Below, piece by piece: positions 50,966 through 61,366 of a stretch of DNA of 64,000 bases. Position 1 is the stretch's first letter, and every line of letters begins with the position of its first letter. This DNA is from an uncultured Acidimicrobiia bacterium. GTDB taxonomy: Bacteria > Acidobacteriota > Terriglobia > Versatilivoradales > Versatilivoraceae. Made by a program: the position numbers and the translations under genes. The notes beneath the pieces are model-generated. The model saw only the letters and a list, made by a program, of their open reading frames with translations. It did not search any database and was not told where the DNA came from. The stretch is from assembly GCA_963786955.1 (NCBI GenBank), contig CAWBAT010000004.1:640001-704000 (forward strand), in the 5' to 3' direction.

Positions 50966-51786
50966 CACAACACGTCCGCAAAACTGCGTTTGGAGTATTT
51001 GAAGAATAGCCCACCCCCAATAAAAACAGCGATGGCCACTGCATAAAGCAGCAGTAATGACGCCAGGTGGGGAAGTTCGTGGTTGAGCAGGCAATTGCGA
51101 TATGCGGTCACCACAGCAGCGAGAGGGTTGAGTTGCATGACAATTCTCAAATTTTGCGGGAGTCTCTGCTCGTCGAAAAAAATAGGCGTAAACCAGAACC
51201 AAAAAGTCAGGACAACCGTCAGGATTTGGGCCGTGTCCCTTAAAAATACCTGCACACTCGCGAGAAACCAGCTCAGTCCCAAAGCGAACAACGAGAGCGC
51301 AAAAAGATAGACGGGAATGAGGATGATCATCCAACTGAACGATTGCAGATAAAAGAAGCAAACGATCTGGAATATCCCCAGTCCGATGAAATGGTTGACG
51401 AGATTCGCAATCAGTACCGAGACGGGCAGGATTTCGGACGGAAAGAGAGTCTTGGTAATGAGATTGGAGTGGTCAACAAGAATATTGCTTGAACGCGTCA
51501 ACGTTTCCTGGAAGACCAGCCAGGGGAGTATTCCGCAGAACAGGTAAATGGCAAAGCTCGAAGTTCCCGCCTCTGGACCCAGTCTTTGTTTCATGATAAT
51601 GGAAAACACAAAAGTGTAGCTGGCAAGCAATACGAGAGGATGGATCACTGACCAAAATAGACCCATCGCGGACCCGACATACCGGCTCCTCAGGTCGCGA
51701 ATAACCAAATTCTTGATTAACCCGCGATGCCGGATCAATTTTCCAATGAAGTTAAAACCGGTTTGTAGGTATGTCACCGAGGACAT
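50965..51786 (-). CDS. wzm: Polysaccharide ABC transporter permease
   Basis: RDLRSRYVGS-x-MG-x-FW, RDTAQI, TPIFF, LNPL, FADVL. Confidence 0.95.
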   Translation of the reverse strand: MSSVTYLQTGFNFIGKLIRHRGLIKNLVIRDLRSRYVGSAMGLFWSVIHPLVLLASYTFVFSIIMKQRLGPEAGTSSFAIYLFCGILPWLVFQETLTRSSNILVDHSNLITKTLFPSEILPVSVLIANLVNHFIGLGIFQIVCFFYLQSFSWMIILIPVYLFALSLFALGLSWFLASVQVFLRDTAQILTVVLTFWFWFTPIFFDEQRLPQNLRIVMQLNPLAAVVTAYRNCLLNHELPHLASLLLLYAVAIAVFIGGGLFFKYSKRSFADVL

Positions 51787-51830
51787 GAAATGCTTTGGAT
51801 GGCTATGTCTCTTAGTTCTTGGGAATATAG

Positions 51831-52070
51831 GGGAGCCACGAAATTATTAGGCGACAGACCACGAGCATGAAATCCATCAGGACCCCGGCCGCTACAGAAC
51901 CGACCCAATCATGTGTCGTGCCTGGCCTAAAGAGGTGTTTCCGTACGGGCTGTTGCAAGCCCTATCCCGCATCATTCAACAAAGTATCAGGAGTTGCGGA
52001 AACTAATCAAAGCGTACGAGTGCCGGGGGAAAAGGGTCCTCTGCAGCCATGCGACCCCATAATTCCTCCC
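51831..52070. ncRNA. Candidate 240-nt structured RNA or leader upstream of wzm
   Basis: Nested complementary blocks closing the ends: GGGAG/CTCCC, AATTAT/ATAATT, GCATG/CATGC, GACCC/GGGTC, CCTGGC/GCCGGG, GTTTCCGTA/TGCGGAAAC. Confidence 0.3.
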
Positions 52071-52163
52071 GGTATCAATTTTACAATGTTGCTTGAACGC
52101 TAGTATTACTGGCTGGAGTGTCTCCATTGGGAACTGCGATCCGCCAGCACGGTTCGGCAAGAA

Positions 52164-52496
52164 CTAAGCAACATCTTTTTCCCCGGTGCGAATGTTGTAT
52201 CCTTGCTCAACCGGAAGGACAAAAATCCGACCATCTCCAATCTCACCTGTTCGAGCGGTTTCAATAACCACCTTGACAACTTCGTCGACGAGATCATCGG
52301 TGAGCACCATTTCGATCATCATCTTCGGCAGGAGAGTTACGCTATATTCCCGACCGCGATAAATGGCTTTGTGCCCCTTTTGTCTTCCGTGCCCGCGGAC
52401 TTCCGTCACGGTCATCCCGGATACGTTGAGTTTGCCGAGGGCTTCCCGTACTTCCTCTAATTTGTTTGGCCGGATAATGCACTTCACGAGTTTCAT
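52164..52496 (-). CDS. glnB: Nitrogen regulatory protein P-II
   Basis: IIRP-x-KL, GHGRQKGH..YRG.EY, TARTGEIGDGRIFV. Confidence 0.9.
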   Translation of the reverse strand: MKLVKCIIRPNKLEEVREALGKLNVSGMTVTEVRGHGRQKGHKAIYRGREYSVTLLPKMMIEMVLTDDLVDEVVKVVIETARTGEIGDGRIFVLPVEQGYNIRTGEKDVA

Positions 52497-52631
52497 GGAG
52501 TTCCCCTTTTCGTGAGAGTATCGAGTCTCTTTGCAATGAATGGAGTTATTGAGTCACCTTCTGAGCAATTTCCCTGGGGTTCGGCTGAAAATCGTGCCAC
52601 AGGATCACCTTCCGAAGCAATCCACGACTTC

Positions 52632-55222
52632 CTATAAAAGAGGGGCATCCAGAGTCCTCATCATCACGGAAGACAGGTTCTCCTTGGCACTCTGGTCAAG
52701 CTTACCGCCTCCTTGGGTCAGATAGAAAACATCTATGGCCCGATTCCCTCAGTAGAAATAAGAGCCACTTCAATATTGCACGCGTTCTGAGCGAAAGTTC
52801 GGGCTATGGTTGAGAGCAAACCGTAACGATCGCGTGTGACAATCTCAACGATTGTATACTTCTCTGAAGAACGGTCATCAAAATTTATGAATGTTGCTAC
52901 GGAACCCTTGTGTTTACGCTGGAAGAGGATACTACTTTCCCTTCGCTGGAGCAACTGAGATAAGCTCTCCTCCCCCCCTAAGACCCGTTGCAACGTGAAT
53001 CGAAAATTTTCAATTTCACTCTTGTTGAGTTTGAACGTTTGGAGTTCGTCTTCAAATTCTATGATGTCCAAAATCATTCCACGATTGTTCGCAAAAGCTT
53101 GGCCTCTCAAAATATTCATCCCAAAATAAGACAATACCCCGGTTAAGTCTGCAAATAGGAACGGACGATCGAAGGCCATGAGGCTCAATTCGAAAGTAGT
53201 ACGGGACCGCACCAATTTGAAAGCTACATCATTCGGGGTCTTCAATTTCTCGGAGAGGCGAAAGTGGTCGGCAATCTTTCTCTTGGGCGTAAAACGAAGA
53301 TAGCGGCGGGGAAACCCATCCAGGAACACCCGAAGCTGATCTTTATAAGTCTCTGAGGCAGAGCCCAGTTGAGTGGCGACTTCTTGCATCAAATTCCCAT
53401 CGGCCTGTGTCCGCCAGCGATCATCTGCAAACTGGCGCGTCAGCTGAGCTTCGGTTTCAACATAAAGCTGCCACAGCAAATCTGCTTTCCAGGGGGTCAG
53501 CGCTTCAGAGCTGACTGCCTTGATATCCGCATAGGTTACAAGACAGAGCATCCGCAAATTCTCCTGAGACCCGACGAAATCCGCAAACCGTTTGATCACG
53601 GATTCGTCGGTAATATCTCTTCTCTGAAAGGTCACGGACATCTCAAGATGGTTCTGAACCAGGAATTGGATCGTACTGGTCTCCTCCTCTAAGATGCGAA
53701 GGCGGCTGGAAATCGCGTCGATCGCTCGCAAGCTGTTCTCACAATGGTTGCCGGGGTCTGCCTTCCCCACATCATGGAAAAGCATGGAGAACAAAACCAG
53801 GTCCGGTCGAGGAAGGGCTTTGAGAATCCCAGCAAAACGTCTTTCTTTGGCCTTCCTCGTGTGGTAGAGGTCTTCTAAATTCTTGATGGTCAACAAAGAA
53901 TGTTCGTCCACTGTATATTTGTGAAAGAAGTCCTGGATCACGTGACAGCGGATGCGGTCAAATTCCGGGAAAATAGCACCCAGTAATCCAATTTCATGCA
54001 TTAACACGAGGGCTTGATAAATTCCTCTGGGTTGTTTGAGCAACTTCAAGAAGAGATCCCGCACTTCATTGGAACTACGGGTTTCTTCATCGATCAGATC
54101 GAGGTGTTTCTTGACTTGATCTAAAGCCTGCTCGCTCACTGGGATCTGGTATTTCACCGAACGGCAAAACAACTTCAACATGTTGGCGGGGTGATCGACA
54201 ATGACCGCTTCACTCGGGAAACCGAGGGCCCCGCGACGGACTATGGTTGTGCTCCAGTGAGGGGACTGCAGCCTCCCGGCAGTTTTTCGGGTTGGAGGAA
54301 AGGCTCGCCGGATCATCGACTCTCTAAAGCCATAGATCGACTTGGCTCTCAGAAAATAGTCTTTCATCAGGCGCTCAACGGCAGAGCTACTTTCTCCCTC
54401 ATAACCCAAGAGTCCAGCGATCTCAATCTGTAAGTCGTGCGAAAGCACATTCCGATTTCGCCCCGTAAGAAAATGTAAGTGGTTCCGAGCGAGCAGCAGA
54501 AATTGTTGTGCATCAACATTCCGAGAGAGTTCCTCTGTCGTCAAGAGATCATGGGCCGGGTAGTCTTCGAGGCGCTCGAGATCGAAAAGGATCCTTCCGA
54601 TCCACCGCGACAACTGAAAATCGCGCAACCCGCCTGGCGCATCTTTGATGTCCGGCTCGAGTTGATAAATGGTTTCGTTGAATCGCTTATGCCTCTCTTC
54701 ATTGGAAGCAATTAATGCTTTCAAGATCTCTTTCTTACGTCTCGAGAGAACACGAGGAAGCTCCTCGCTTTTGAAATATTGAAAAATCGTGTGTTCTCCG
54801 GCAATAAAGCGGATGTCCAACAGCGCTGTGGCAAGTTCCAAATTTCTCAACTCGAAATCATAATGTCTCAGCTGCAGGACATGCTGTCCGATGTTGAGTC
54901 CAAGGTCCCAAAGAGGATGAAGAAAGGCTCGGAGGAATTTCTCGTCGCTGGAAAGCAGCGGATTCTCGAAAAGTAAAATAATGTCCACATCGGAGTGAGG
55001 ATGCAATTCACGTCGGCCAAATCCTCCCGTCGCCAATAAGGCAACCTTGCTTCCGCTTGCTTCCAGAAGCGGATGCGCCTCGGAGAACGAGTCAGAAACA
55101 ACCTTCTCCATCAACTGGGTAACTTCGCCCAGAACCAGCCGCGCATCCCTGGACCCGATCAAGTGTTCCCTGATATCATTTAATTCTTGGTCGAATTTTT
55201 CACGTTTCATGTCTTGAGCCAA
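52632..55222 (-). CDS. glnD: [Protein-PII] uridylyltransferase, apparent 1-nt frameshift near 52745
   Basis: GGFGRRELHPHSDVD, EPDIK..PGGLRD, HKYTVDEH, FHDVGK, ACT domains. In-frame stop at 52733; one added base restores STEGNRAIDVFYL ending 52632. Confidence 0.9.
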
Positions 55223-55386
55223 CCGTGTTTTTTAGCCGACTTGAAAAGAATATGCAAGAACCATAGCAAAAGTGATGATTTCTGCGTGGAGTTAAAATCA
55301 GGGGATGTTGACAATCTGGGCAAGATAGAGGAAATTTTGTCTGTGAACACACATTGGAGAATCCATTCATTAGCAAGGAGAGAGCC

Positions 55387-56355
55387 ATGAAGGCGGTTAA
55401 AATTCACCAATTCGGGGGCCCAGACGTATTGTCCTTTGAAGACGCCGCCACCACTGAGCCAGGAAAAGGTAATGCTGCAGTTAACATCAAGGCGATCGGC
55501 GTAAACTATATCGATATTTACCATCGGACCGGCCTCTACAAAGTCCCTGTTCCTTTCACTCCTGGCATGGAAGCTGCCGGCGTCGTCGAATCTGTCGGTC
55601 CGGGTGTAACGGATTTAAAGCCCGGAGACCGAGTTGGATATGCTATGGCCATTGGATCGTATGCAGAAAGAGCCATCGTGCCTTCCTGGCAACTCGTTAA
55701 ACTACCAGAGGAAGTTAGTTTCGAGCTAGCCGCGGCAGGTCTTTTGCAAGGCATGACAGCGCATTACTTGACACAGACGACTTACCCAATCCAGAAAGGG
55801 GACACCGTGCTTATCCATGCAGCGGCCGGAGGCGCGGGTTTGCTCATCATCCAGATGGCAAAACAGCGGGGTGCTCGTGTCATTGGCACAGTCTCTTCCA
55901 GGGAAAAGGCCGAATTAGCCCGGGAGACTGGAGCAGATGAAGTCATTCTCTACACCGAAACTGATTTTGAAAGTGAGGTTAAAAGACTGACCGAAGGGAA
56001 AGGCGTCCCGGTTGTTTATGATTCCGTTGGAAAGACTACCTTCGAAAAGAGCTTGAATTGTCTTCGTACTAGAGGAATGTTGGTTTTGTTTGGGCAATCC
56101 AGTGGAGTGGTTCCTCCTTTCGATCCAGGGATTTTGGCCTCCAAGGGCTCATTGTTCTTGACCCGGCCTTCCTTGGGTCACTATACCCTAACCCAAGAGG
56201 AACTCCTTTGGCGGGCAAGAGATATCTTAAATTGGACCTCTTCCGGGAAACTTAAGATCCGTATTCACCAGACATATCCTCTTGCCGAAGCTGCTGCGGC
56301 CCATCGTCATCTGGAGTCACGACAGTCCACCGGCAAATTGCTGTTGATCCCCTGA
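55387..56355 (+). CDS. qor: Quinone oxidoreductase (zeta-crystallin MDR family)
   Basis: GVNYID, PGMEAAG, HAAAGGAG, VYDSVG, GSLFLTRPSL, STGKLLL. Confidence 0.9.
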   Translation: MKAVKIHQFGGPDVLSFEDAATTEPGKGNAAVNIKAIGVNYIDIYHRTGLYKVPVPFTPGMEAAGVVESVGPGVTDLKPGDRVGYAMAIGSYAERAIVPSWQLVKLPEEVSFELAAAGLLQGMTAHYLTQTTYPIQKGDTVLIHAAAGGAGLLIIQMAKQRGARVIGTVSSREKAELARETGADEVILYTETDFESEVKRLTEGKGVPVVYDSVGKTTFEKSLNCLRTRGMLVLFGQSSGVVPPFDPGILASKGSLFLTRPSLGHYTLTQEELLWRARDILNWTSSGKLKIRIHQTYPLAEAAAAHRHLESRQSTGKLLLIP

Positions 56356-56469
56356 ACTTTCCGTGGACTTACCAAGTGGAAAGCTCTCGCGCGACGGGAG
56401 GCAAAAAGGCCTGAAGAGCTAGTTCATCCATGATTCGGCTTGGTTGGCCTACAAGATCTTTGTAAATTC

Positions 56470-56958
56470 TTATTTTTCAGAGCGTCTTTTTCTGCTCAAC
56501 ACCTGCTGAAGGGCATAACTGTCAGGATCCGATAACATCAGAATTGAACTGAGAGCCAGGAAGAAAAAATTTCTCATGAGACTCAATGGCCCGATCATTT
56601 CCCCCCCAGAGGCAAAGCACCCACAATGAATATTAAGCCCCCGAAATAGGGCTGTGCTCATGGCAGCGATGAAGGTCACAAACAACCCACTGCTGAGGAT
56701 GGCAACGCTCCGGGTGAAAACTCCAAGAAGCAAGAAGACGCCACAAAACCATTCAACCCATGGAAGCGTGGCAGCAGCATACCTCACCCACTGAGGGGAC
56801 GGAATGAGCTGATAAGCAACCAAATTCTCGGCAAAGGACTGAGGATCCAAGATTTTTCCGAAGCTGGAAACGAAAAAAACGATTCCCAATAATAGGCGAA
56901 CAGAGAAAAGGGTTTTCGGATGAGCAAGAATTTCCCTCAACTTATTTTCGTGCTGCAT
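56470..56958 (-). CDS. MauE/DoxX-family membrane protein
   Basis: RLLLG..F...GK, LPWVE, GLNIHCGCF. Confidence 0.85.
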   Translation of the reverse strand: MQHENKLREILAHPKTLFSVRLLLGIVFFVSSFGKILDPQSFAENLVAYQLIPSPQWVRYAAATLPWVEWFCGVFLLLGVFTRSVAILSSGLFVTFIAAMSTALFRGLNIHCGCFASGGEMIGPLSLMRNFFFLALSSILMLSDPDSYALQQVLSRKRRSEK

Positions 56959-57496
56959 TTTTTCCGCTTCCTCTTTCGACTGGATTCCCACCGAGAAACC
57001 ATTCTGAATAGCCGCCAAAATAGATCTTGAGCCGCTTAAATCCCTTCTTGGCAAGCGATCCCGCCAAAATCTGCGCCAAGCTACAGTCGTGCCCCCCGCA
57101 ATAAACCGCCAATAATTGGTCATGAGTGACTTGAGCGGCGAACTGTGGAAAAAAAGTCTCCATTTCTAAGGCAGGAAGATTGTATGCGCCAGGGATATGC
57201 CCTGCTTCAAAATCCTTTACCGCTCGGCCATCGACCAACACGACTCCTCCGCTTGAAACAAGGGTTTTAAGTTCGCCCAACTCAACTCGCTCCGGGGTAA
57301 CGGAAGTTTTGGGCGGCGAATCATCAATCGGTACGAAGATAGAGTGACCGTCCACTTGTTTCATTGTGAAAGTCCTTTTCTCTGGCCCCCTCAGAAATGG
57401 GCGATTGATTAAAACACCGATCCAAGCCGATCCGGCTATGAGAATGGAAATGACGATGAGAACTTTTAAAATGCCTGAGGCGTTTATCCGAGTCAT
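56942..57496 (-). CDS. Membrane-anchored rhodanese-like protein
   Basis: DGR..FEAGHIPGA, VYCGG-x-DC, GGYSEW. Confidence 0.85.
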   Translation of the reverse strand: MTRINASGILKVLIVISILIAGSAWIGVLINRPFLRGPEKRTFTMKQVDGHSIFVPIDDSPPKTSVTPERVELGELKTLVSSGGVVLVDGRAVKDFEAGHIPGAYNLPALEMETFFPQFAAQVTHDQLLAVYCGGHDCSLAQILAGSLAKKGFKRLKIYFGGYSEWFLGGNPVERGSGKNAARK

Positions 57497-57802
57497 GATC
57501 TCTTCCCAAACCGCTTTCTGGAAATAGTCCCTTAGCCTCGTGCGGGAAAGGGGGGCCATGGTTCACATCATCGGTATCACCGCAAGTTTGCTTTAACATC
57601 CATCAGTTGAATCATTCCCTCTAATATTCATCCGATAAATATAAGAAGTGTCTGGGACGATTGAGGGAAAATCGAAAGATTCTTAAAGTTAAGCACAATC
57701 GTTTGTCCATTCAAAATGTGCTATATTCTCATCCTCAAGTCATCGCGAATGAGATTTTACTAAAGTCTCCAGCCAGTAGGTCGAATAGCTAGAACGAGTT
57801 AA

Positions 57803-59125
57803 GTGAATATTCTTCTGATTTATCAACAGCTGACAACGCTGGCAGCTCTAAAAGAGTTTGCGCTTGCAGAAAATCACTCTCTTGTCTCTAGATCTAGCCT
57901 CGAAGAGGGTCTTGCCTCTCTTGAGAGCTCGAATGGAGATTTGGTAATCATTGAACTGGGAAGCCATTTAACGGCAATGAGGCAAACACTGCAGGAGAAA
58001 TGGACCAATCGAAAGGCTCCCCCTACCTTTTTTCTCGGCCAGGGTGCGGATGAAGAGGTTTCGTTGGCTTGGGATCTTGGCGCGCAGTTCTTCCTGAATA
58101 GTCCAGTTCATCCCAAAATTCTCTCCATGGCGGTCAATTTAATTCGTGACAAGATCCAGTTGATGCAAACCATTTATCTTGCTGAAAAGGAAAATACAAA
58201 AGTCCAGAAAGAACTGGATGGATCGGTGGTTCGTCAAAGAGAGGCGATTCTAGAGCGTGAGTTGACTTACCGGGAATTGCTGCTAGCCTACTCTCGATTG
58301 CAGGAACTCAATCAATTAAAGAATAACTTTCTGGCCAAAGCAACTCACGAGCTCAGAACCCCCGTAACAGTCATCAAAGGCTATCATCGCATCTTGCTAG
58401 ACGCGCGATTGGGTGAACTTCTCCCCCAACAAAAAGAAGTTCTTTTGGAATCGGAACAAAGCTGCGCCAGGTTAATCCGAATCGTCAACTCACTTCTTGA
58501 CTTTTCCCGAATAGAAGCTGGGAAGTTGGAACTTGTTTATCAGGAATATGACTTGGCATCGAATGCAAAGCTCGTCGCAAGTCAAATTAAAGAAACGGCC
58601 AATAAGAAGGATCTGCTTTTGCGTGTAAGGATCAATAAGGATGTGCCCCAGCTAAATTGTGATCGAGAGAAAATCAATCAGGTTCTCACAAACCTGCTGG
58701 ACAATGCGGTCAAGTTTACACCGACCGGCGGGCGCGTCTCCCTTTCTGCTTGGCCTCTCTCCTGGGATAAGGGGAATCTGCCAACTCGTCGCCCGAGTTC
58801 TGCTCATACGAGAAAAGAAGAGCATTCGACCAGTCAACCCAATGGGAGTTTGGCAAAAAACGCCGTTCTGATTGAAATCTGTGACACGGGTCCTGGTATT
58901 TCACCTCAACATCAAAGTGAGATTTTCGAAGAATTCACTCAGATTTCTTCTCAGTTGTTGCAGCGGTCGGGACTCGGTCTGGGCTTGGCCATATCCAGGC
59001 GGATTATTGAAGCTCATGGAGGAACGATCTGGGTTGAAAGCGAAATTAATAAAGGCAGCCGTTTTGCGTTTGTGCTGCCGATGAGTCCTGGTGGGGCCAT
59101 GGGAATGAAACCAGAAGTCAACTAG
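57803..59125 (+). CDS. Cytoplasmic histidine kinase with degenerate N-terminal receiver-like domain
   Basis: HELRTP, NLLDNAVKFT, DTGPGI, GLGLGLAI, GSRF. Confidence 0.9.
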   Translation: MNILLIYQQLTTLAALKEFALAENHSLVSRSSLEEGLASLESSNGDLVIIELGSHLTAMRQTLQEKWTNRKAPPTFFLGQGADEEVSLAWDLGAQFFLNSPVHPKILSMAVNLIRDKIQLMQTIYLAEKENTKVQKELDGSVVRQREAILERELTYRELLLAYSRLQELNQLKNNFLAKATHELRTPVTVIKGYHRILLDARLGELLPQQKEVLLESEQSCARLIRIVNSLLDFSRIEAGKLELVYQEYDLASNAKLVASQIKETANKKDLLLRVRINKDVPQLNCDREKINQVLTNLLDNAVKFTPTGGRVSLSAWPLSWDKGNLPTRRPSSAHTRKEEHSTSQPNGSLAKNAVLIEICDTGPGISPQHQSEIFEEFTQISSQLLQRSGLGLGLAISRRIIEAHGGTIWVESEINKGSRFAFVLPMSPGGAMGMKPEVN

Positions 59126-59162
59126 TGGATCCATTCTGTGTTTTGAGTTTGGAAATGGTGTT

Positions 59163-60575
59163 ATGAACGAAATCACATCAATCTTAGTCGTCGATGATGA
59201 AGAGGGAATCAGGAATTACCTAAGAACTCTCTTAAAGCTGAAGGGCTATGAAGTCACTACCGTCTCGAGCGGAAATGAAGCCATTGAATATTTTGGCGCG
59301 AATCCCCCGCCTTCGCTGATCCTAATGGACATTCTGATGCCCAATATCGATGGCATCGAAACGCTGAAGCGTTTGAGAAAATCGAACAAGGAACTTCCTG
59401 TCATCATGTTGTCCTGCATTGGTGAAACCCGTACGATTGTCGAAGCGATGAGATCGGGTGCCACGGACTACCTCAACAAGCCCTTCGAGGAAGCCGAGTT
59501 GGAGATTGCGATTTTAAAAGCGTTAGATCGCAAGAAACTCGTCGAAGAAAACAAGATTCTGCGCGAGCAGAATGAGCAACTCACCGAGGAATATCGCTTT
59601 ATTGCTTCGAATCCTAAAATGGTCAGGATTCGTGAACTCATTACTCAAATCGCAGATACGGATGTCACCGTGTTTATCCAGGGAGAAAGCGGCGTGGGAA
59701 AAGAGATTGTGGCACGCGAAATCCATCGGGGATCTCCCAGACGGGATAAGCCGTTTGTCAAGGTCAACTGTGCTGCTCTCCCCTCGGAGTTGCTGGAAAG
59801 CGAGCTCTTTGGTTATGAACGGGGTGCTTTTACGGGGGCGTTTCGCCTCAAACAAGGGAAGTTCGAATTAGCCAATTACGGAACCTTGTTCTTGGATGAG
59901 ATTGGAGACATGGCTCCAGTCCTTCAGGCCAAACTGCTCCATGTCTTGCAGGATAGCGAGTACTCAAGGCTCGGCGGGAAAAAGAACGTAGTCATTGACG
60001 TGCGAATTCTGGCAGCCACTAACCAGAACCTGGAACAGGGCATGCAGGATGGCCGATTTCGTGAAGACCTCTATTATAGATTAAATGTCGTCAACATCAC
60101 AATCCCCCCTTTGCGTGAACGAAAGGAAGAAATCCCACTGCTTTGTGAACATTTCGTCCACAAACACCACCGGAAATATAACATCGGGGCTCAGCCCATA
60201 ACCCAAAGCCTCATGGGATACATGCTGCAATACGATTGGCCCGGCAATATCCGCGAGCTTGAGAATGTCATGAAGCGGTTTGTTATCTTTGGAAACGAGC
60301 AACAAATCATTGAAGAACTGGTCCAGAAATCTGAAGATCGAAGGAAGGTTGAAAAGGTTCCCCATGAAAAGCCAGGCGTTGAGACGGTTAATGATGACGC
60401 CGTTGGAGGAATGAGCCTCAAAAATATGAGTCGGAGCCTTACCTCCACCGCCGAAAAAGAGGTAATCTTGAGAGCTTTGCAACAGACTCAATGGAACCGG
60501 AAACAAGCGGCAACCATGCTTAATGTGAGCTACAAAACGTTACTAAACAAAATCAGAAAATTGGACATCAAATGA
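59163..60575 (+). CDS. Sigma54-dependent NtrC-family response regulator
   Basis: VVDDE, GESGVGKE, GAFTGA, FLDEIG, WPGNIREL, Fis-type HTH. Confidence 0.95.
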   Translation: MNEITSILVVDDEEGIRNYLRTLLKLKGYEVTTVSSGNEAIEYFGANPPPSLILMDILMPNIDGIETLKRLRKSNKELPVIMLSCIGETRTIVEAMRSGATDYLNKPFEEAELEIAILKALDRKKLVEENKILREQNEQLTEEYRFIASNPKMVRIRELITQIADTDVTVFIQGESGVGKEIVAREIHRGSPRRDKPFVKVNCAALPSELLESELFGYERGAFTGAFRLKQGKFELANYGTLFLDEIGDMAPVLQAKLLHVLQDSEYSRLGGKKNVVIDVRILAATNQNLEQGMQDGRFREDLYYRLNVVNITIPPLRERKEEIPLLCEHFVHKHHRKYNIGAQPITQSLMGYMLQYDWPGNIRELENVMKRFVIFGNEQQIIEELVQKSEDRRKVEKVPHEKPGVETVNDDAVGGMSLKNMSRSLTSTAEKEVILRALQQTQWNRKQAATMLNVSYKTLLNKIRKLDIK

Positions 60576-60742
60576 GTCAGTCTTTCCGTTAATTTTTTCA
60601 GACGGATTTCCCCCCTGCATTACCACTTGCCAATCCCTGCTTCCTCTTTCCTCCCGAGTCAAATTGCCCCGGGAAAGAGCTCTCCGCTGACTTCCGAGGA
60701 TCGCAAAGAGAAGCAAATCACTGTCCGCTAGAGAACGAGAGG

Positions 60743-61111
60743 TTACTTGAGGACCAGCTGCAGCAATGAGATCAAACTTGCGGCAGTGAATGGTTTCGGC
60801 AGAAAAAGCACACAACCCGAAGAAAAGCTTCTCTTGATCATGTCTGTCTCTTTGCTGGCCGTCACCATGATGACGGGGATATTCTTGAAAATTGGGTCAT
60901 TCTTGACCACCTGGGCCAAAGCATTGCCGTCCATTTGAGGCATCAAAGCATCCGTGATGATCGCATCAAACTTGTCCTGCTTCAGGAGCTCCACGGCGAG
61001 AGCCCCATTGAGGGCAGTGGAGACTTTAAATTCCTTTTGTGTCAAGATGGTCTTGACTAAGGTCAATATGTTTTGATCGTCGTCCACAACCAGAATATGC
61101 TTCTGAGCCAT
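60743..61111 (-). CDS. Single-domain response regulator
   Basis: LVVDDD, D-x-x-MP-x-MDG, KPF. Confidence 0.9.
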   Translation of the reverse strand: MAQKHILVVDDDQNILTLVKTILTQKEFKVSTALNGALAVELLKQDKFDAIITDALMPQMDGNALAQVVKNDPIFKNIPVIMVTASKETDMIKRSFSSGCVLFLPKPFTAASLISLLQLVLK

Positions 61112-61366
61112 AAACCTTGAACCCTTCGGATTGCCGTTGGTACGAAATCGACCAACTCGTTTGGTGTCATTCTATGACGCGTTAAGGGAAAATCAAGTTA
61201 AACCTTTCGACCTCGTCGTCTTTTGGGGTGTAGCTGGTCGCTGCCGGCTGCGATGACTCCTATTTGAAAGAATGTGCATCGTGAGCGGGTTTCACCTCGA
61301 TCGCTGCCACGAGCATTCAGGAGGACTGTCCAGCCATTCCAGCGATATGGCATAGCACCAGTCTAT

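Noticed and set aside
50966-51361. 132-aa N-terminal extension of Wzt
   Set aside because: It overlaps wzm in another frame; ATG 50965 is coupled to the wzm stop and gives a normal Wzt
52583-52600. Sigma54 promoter for glnB (TGGCACGATTTTCAGC)
   Set aside because: Good -24 element, but the GC is one base off and TTGC is absent
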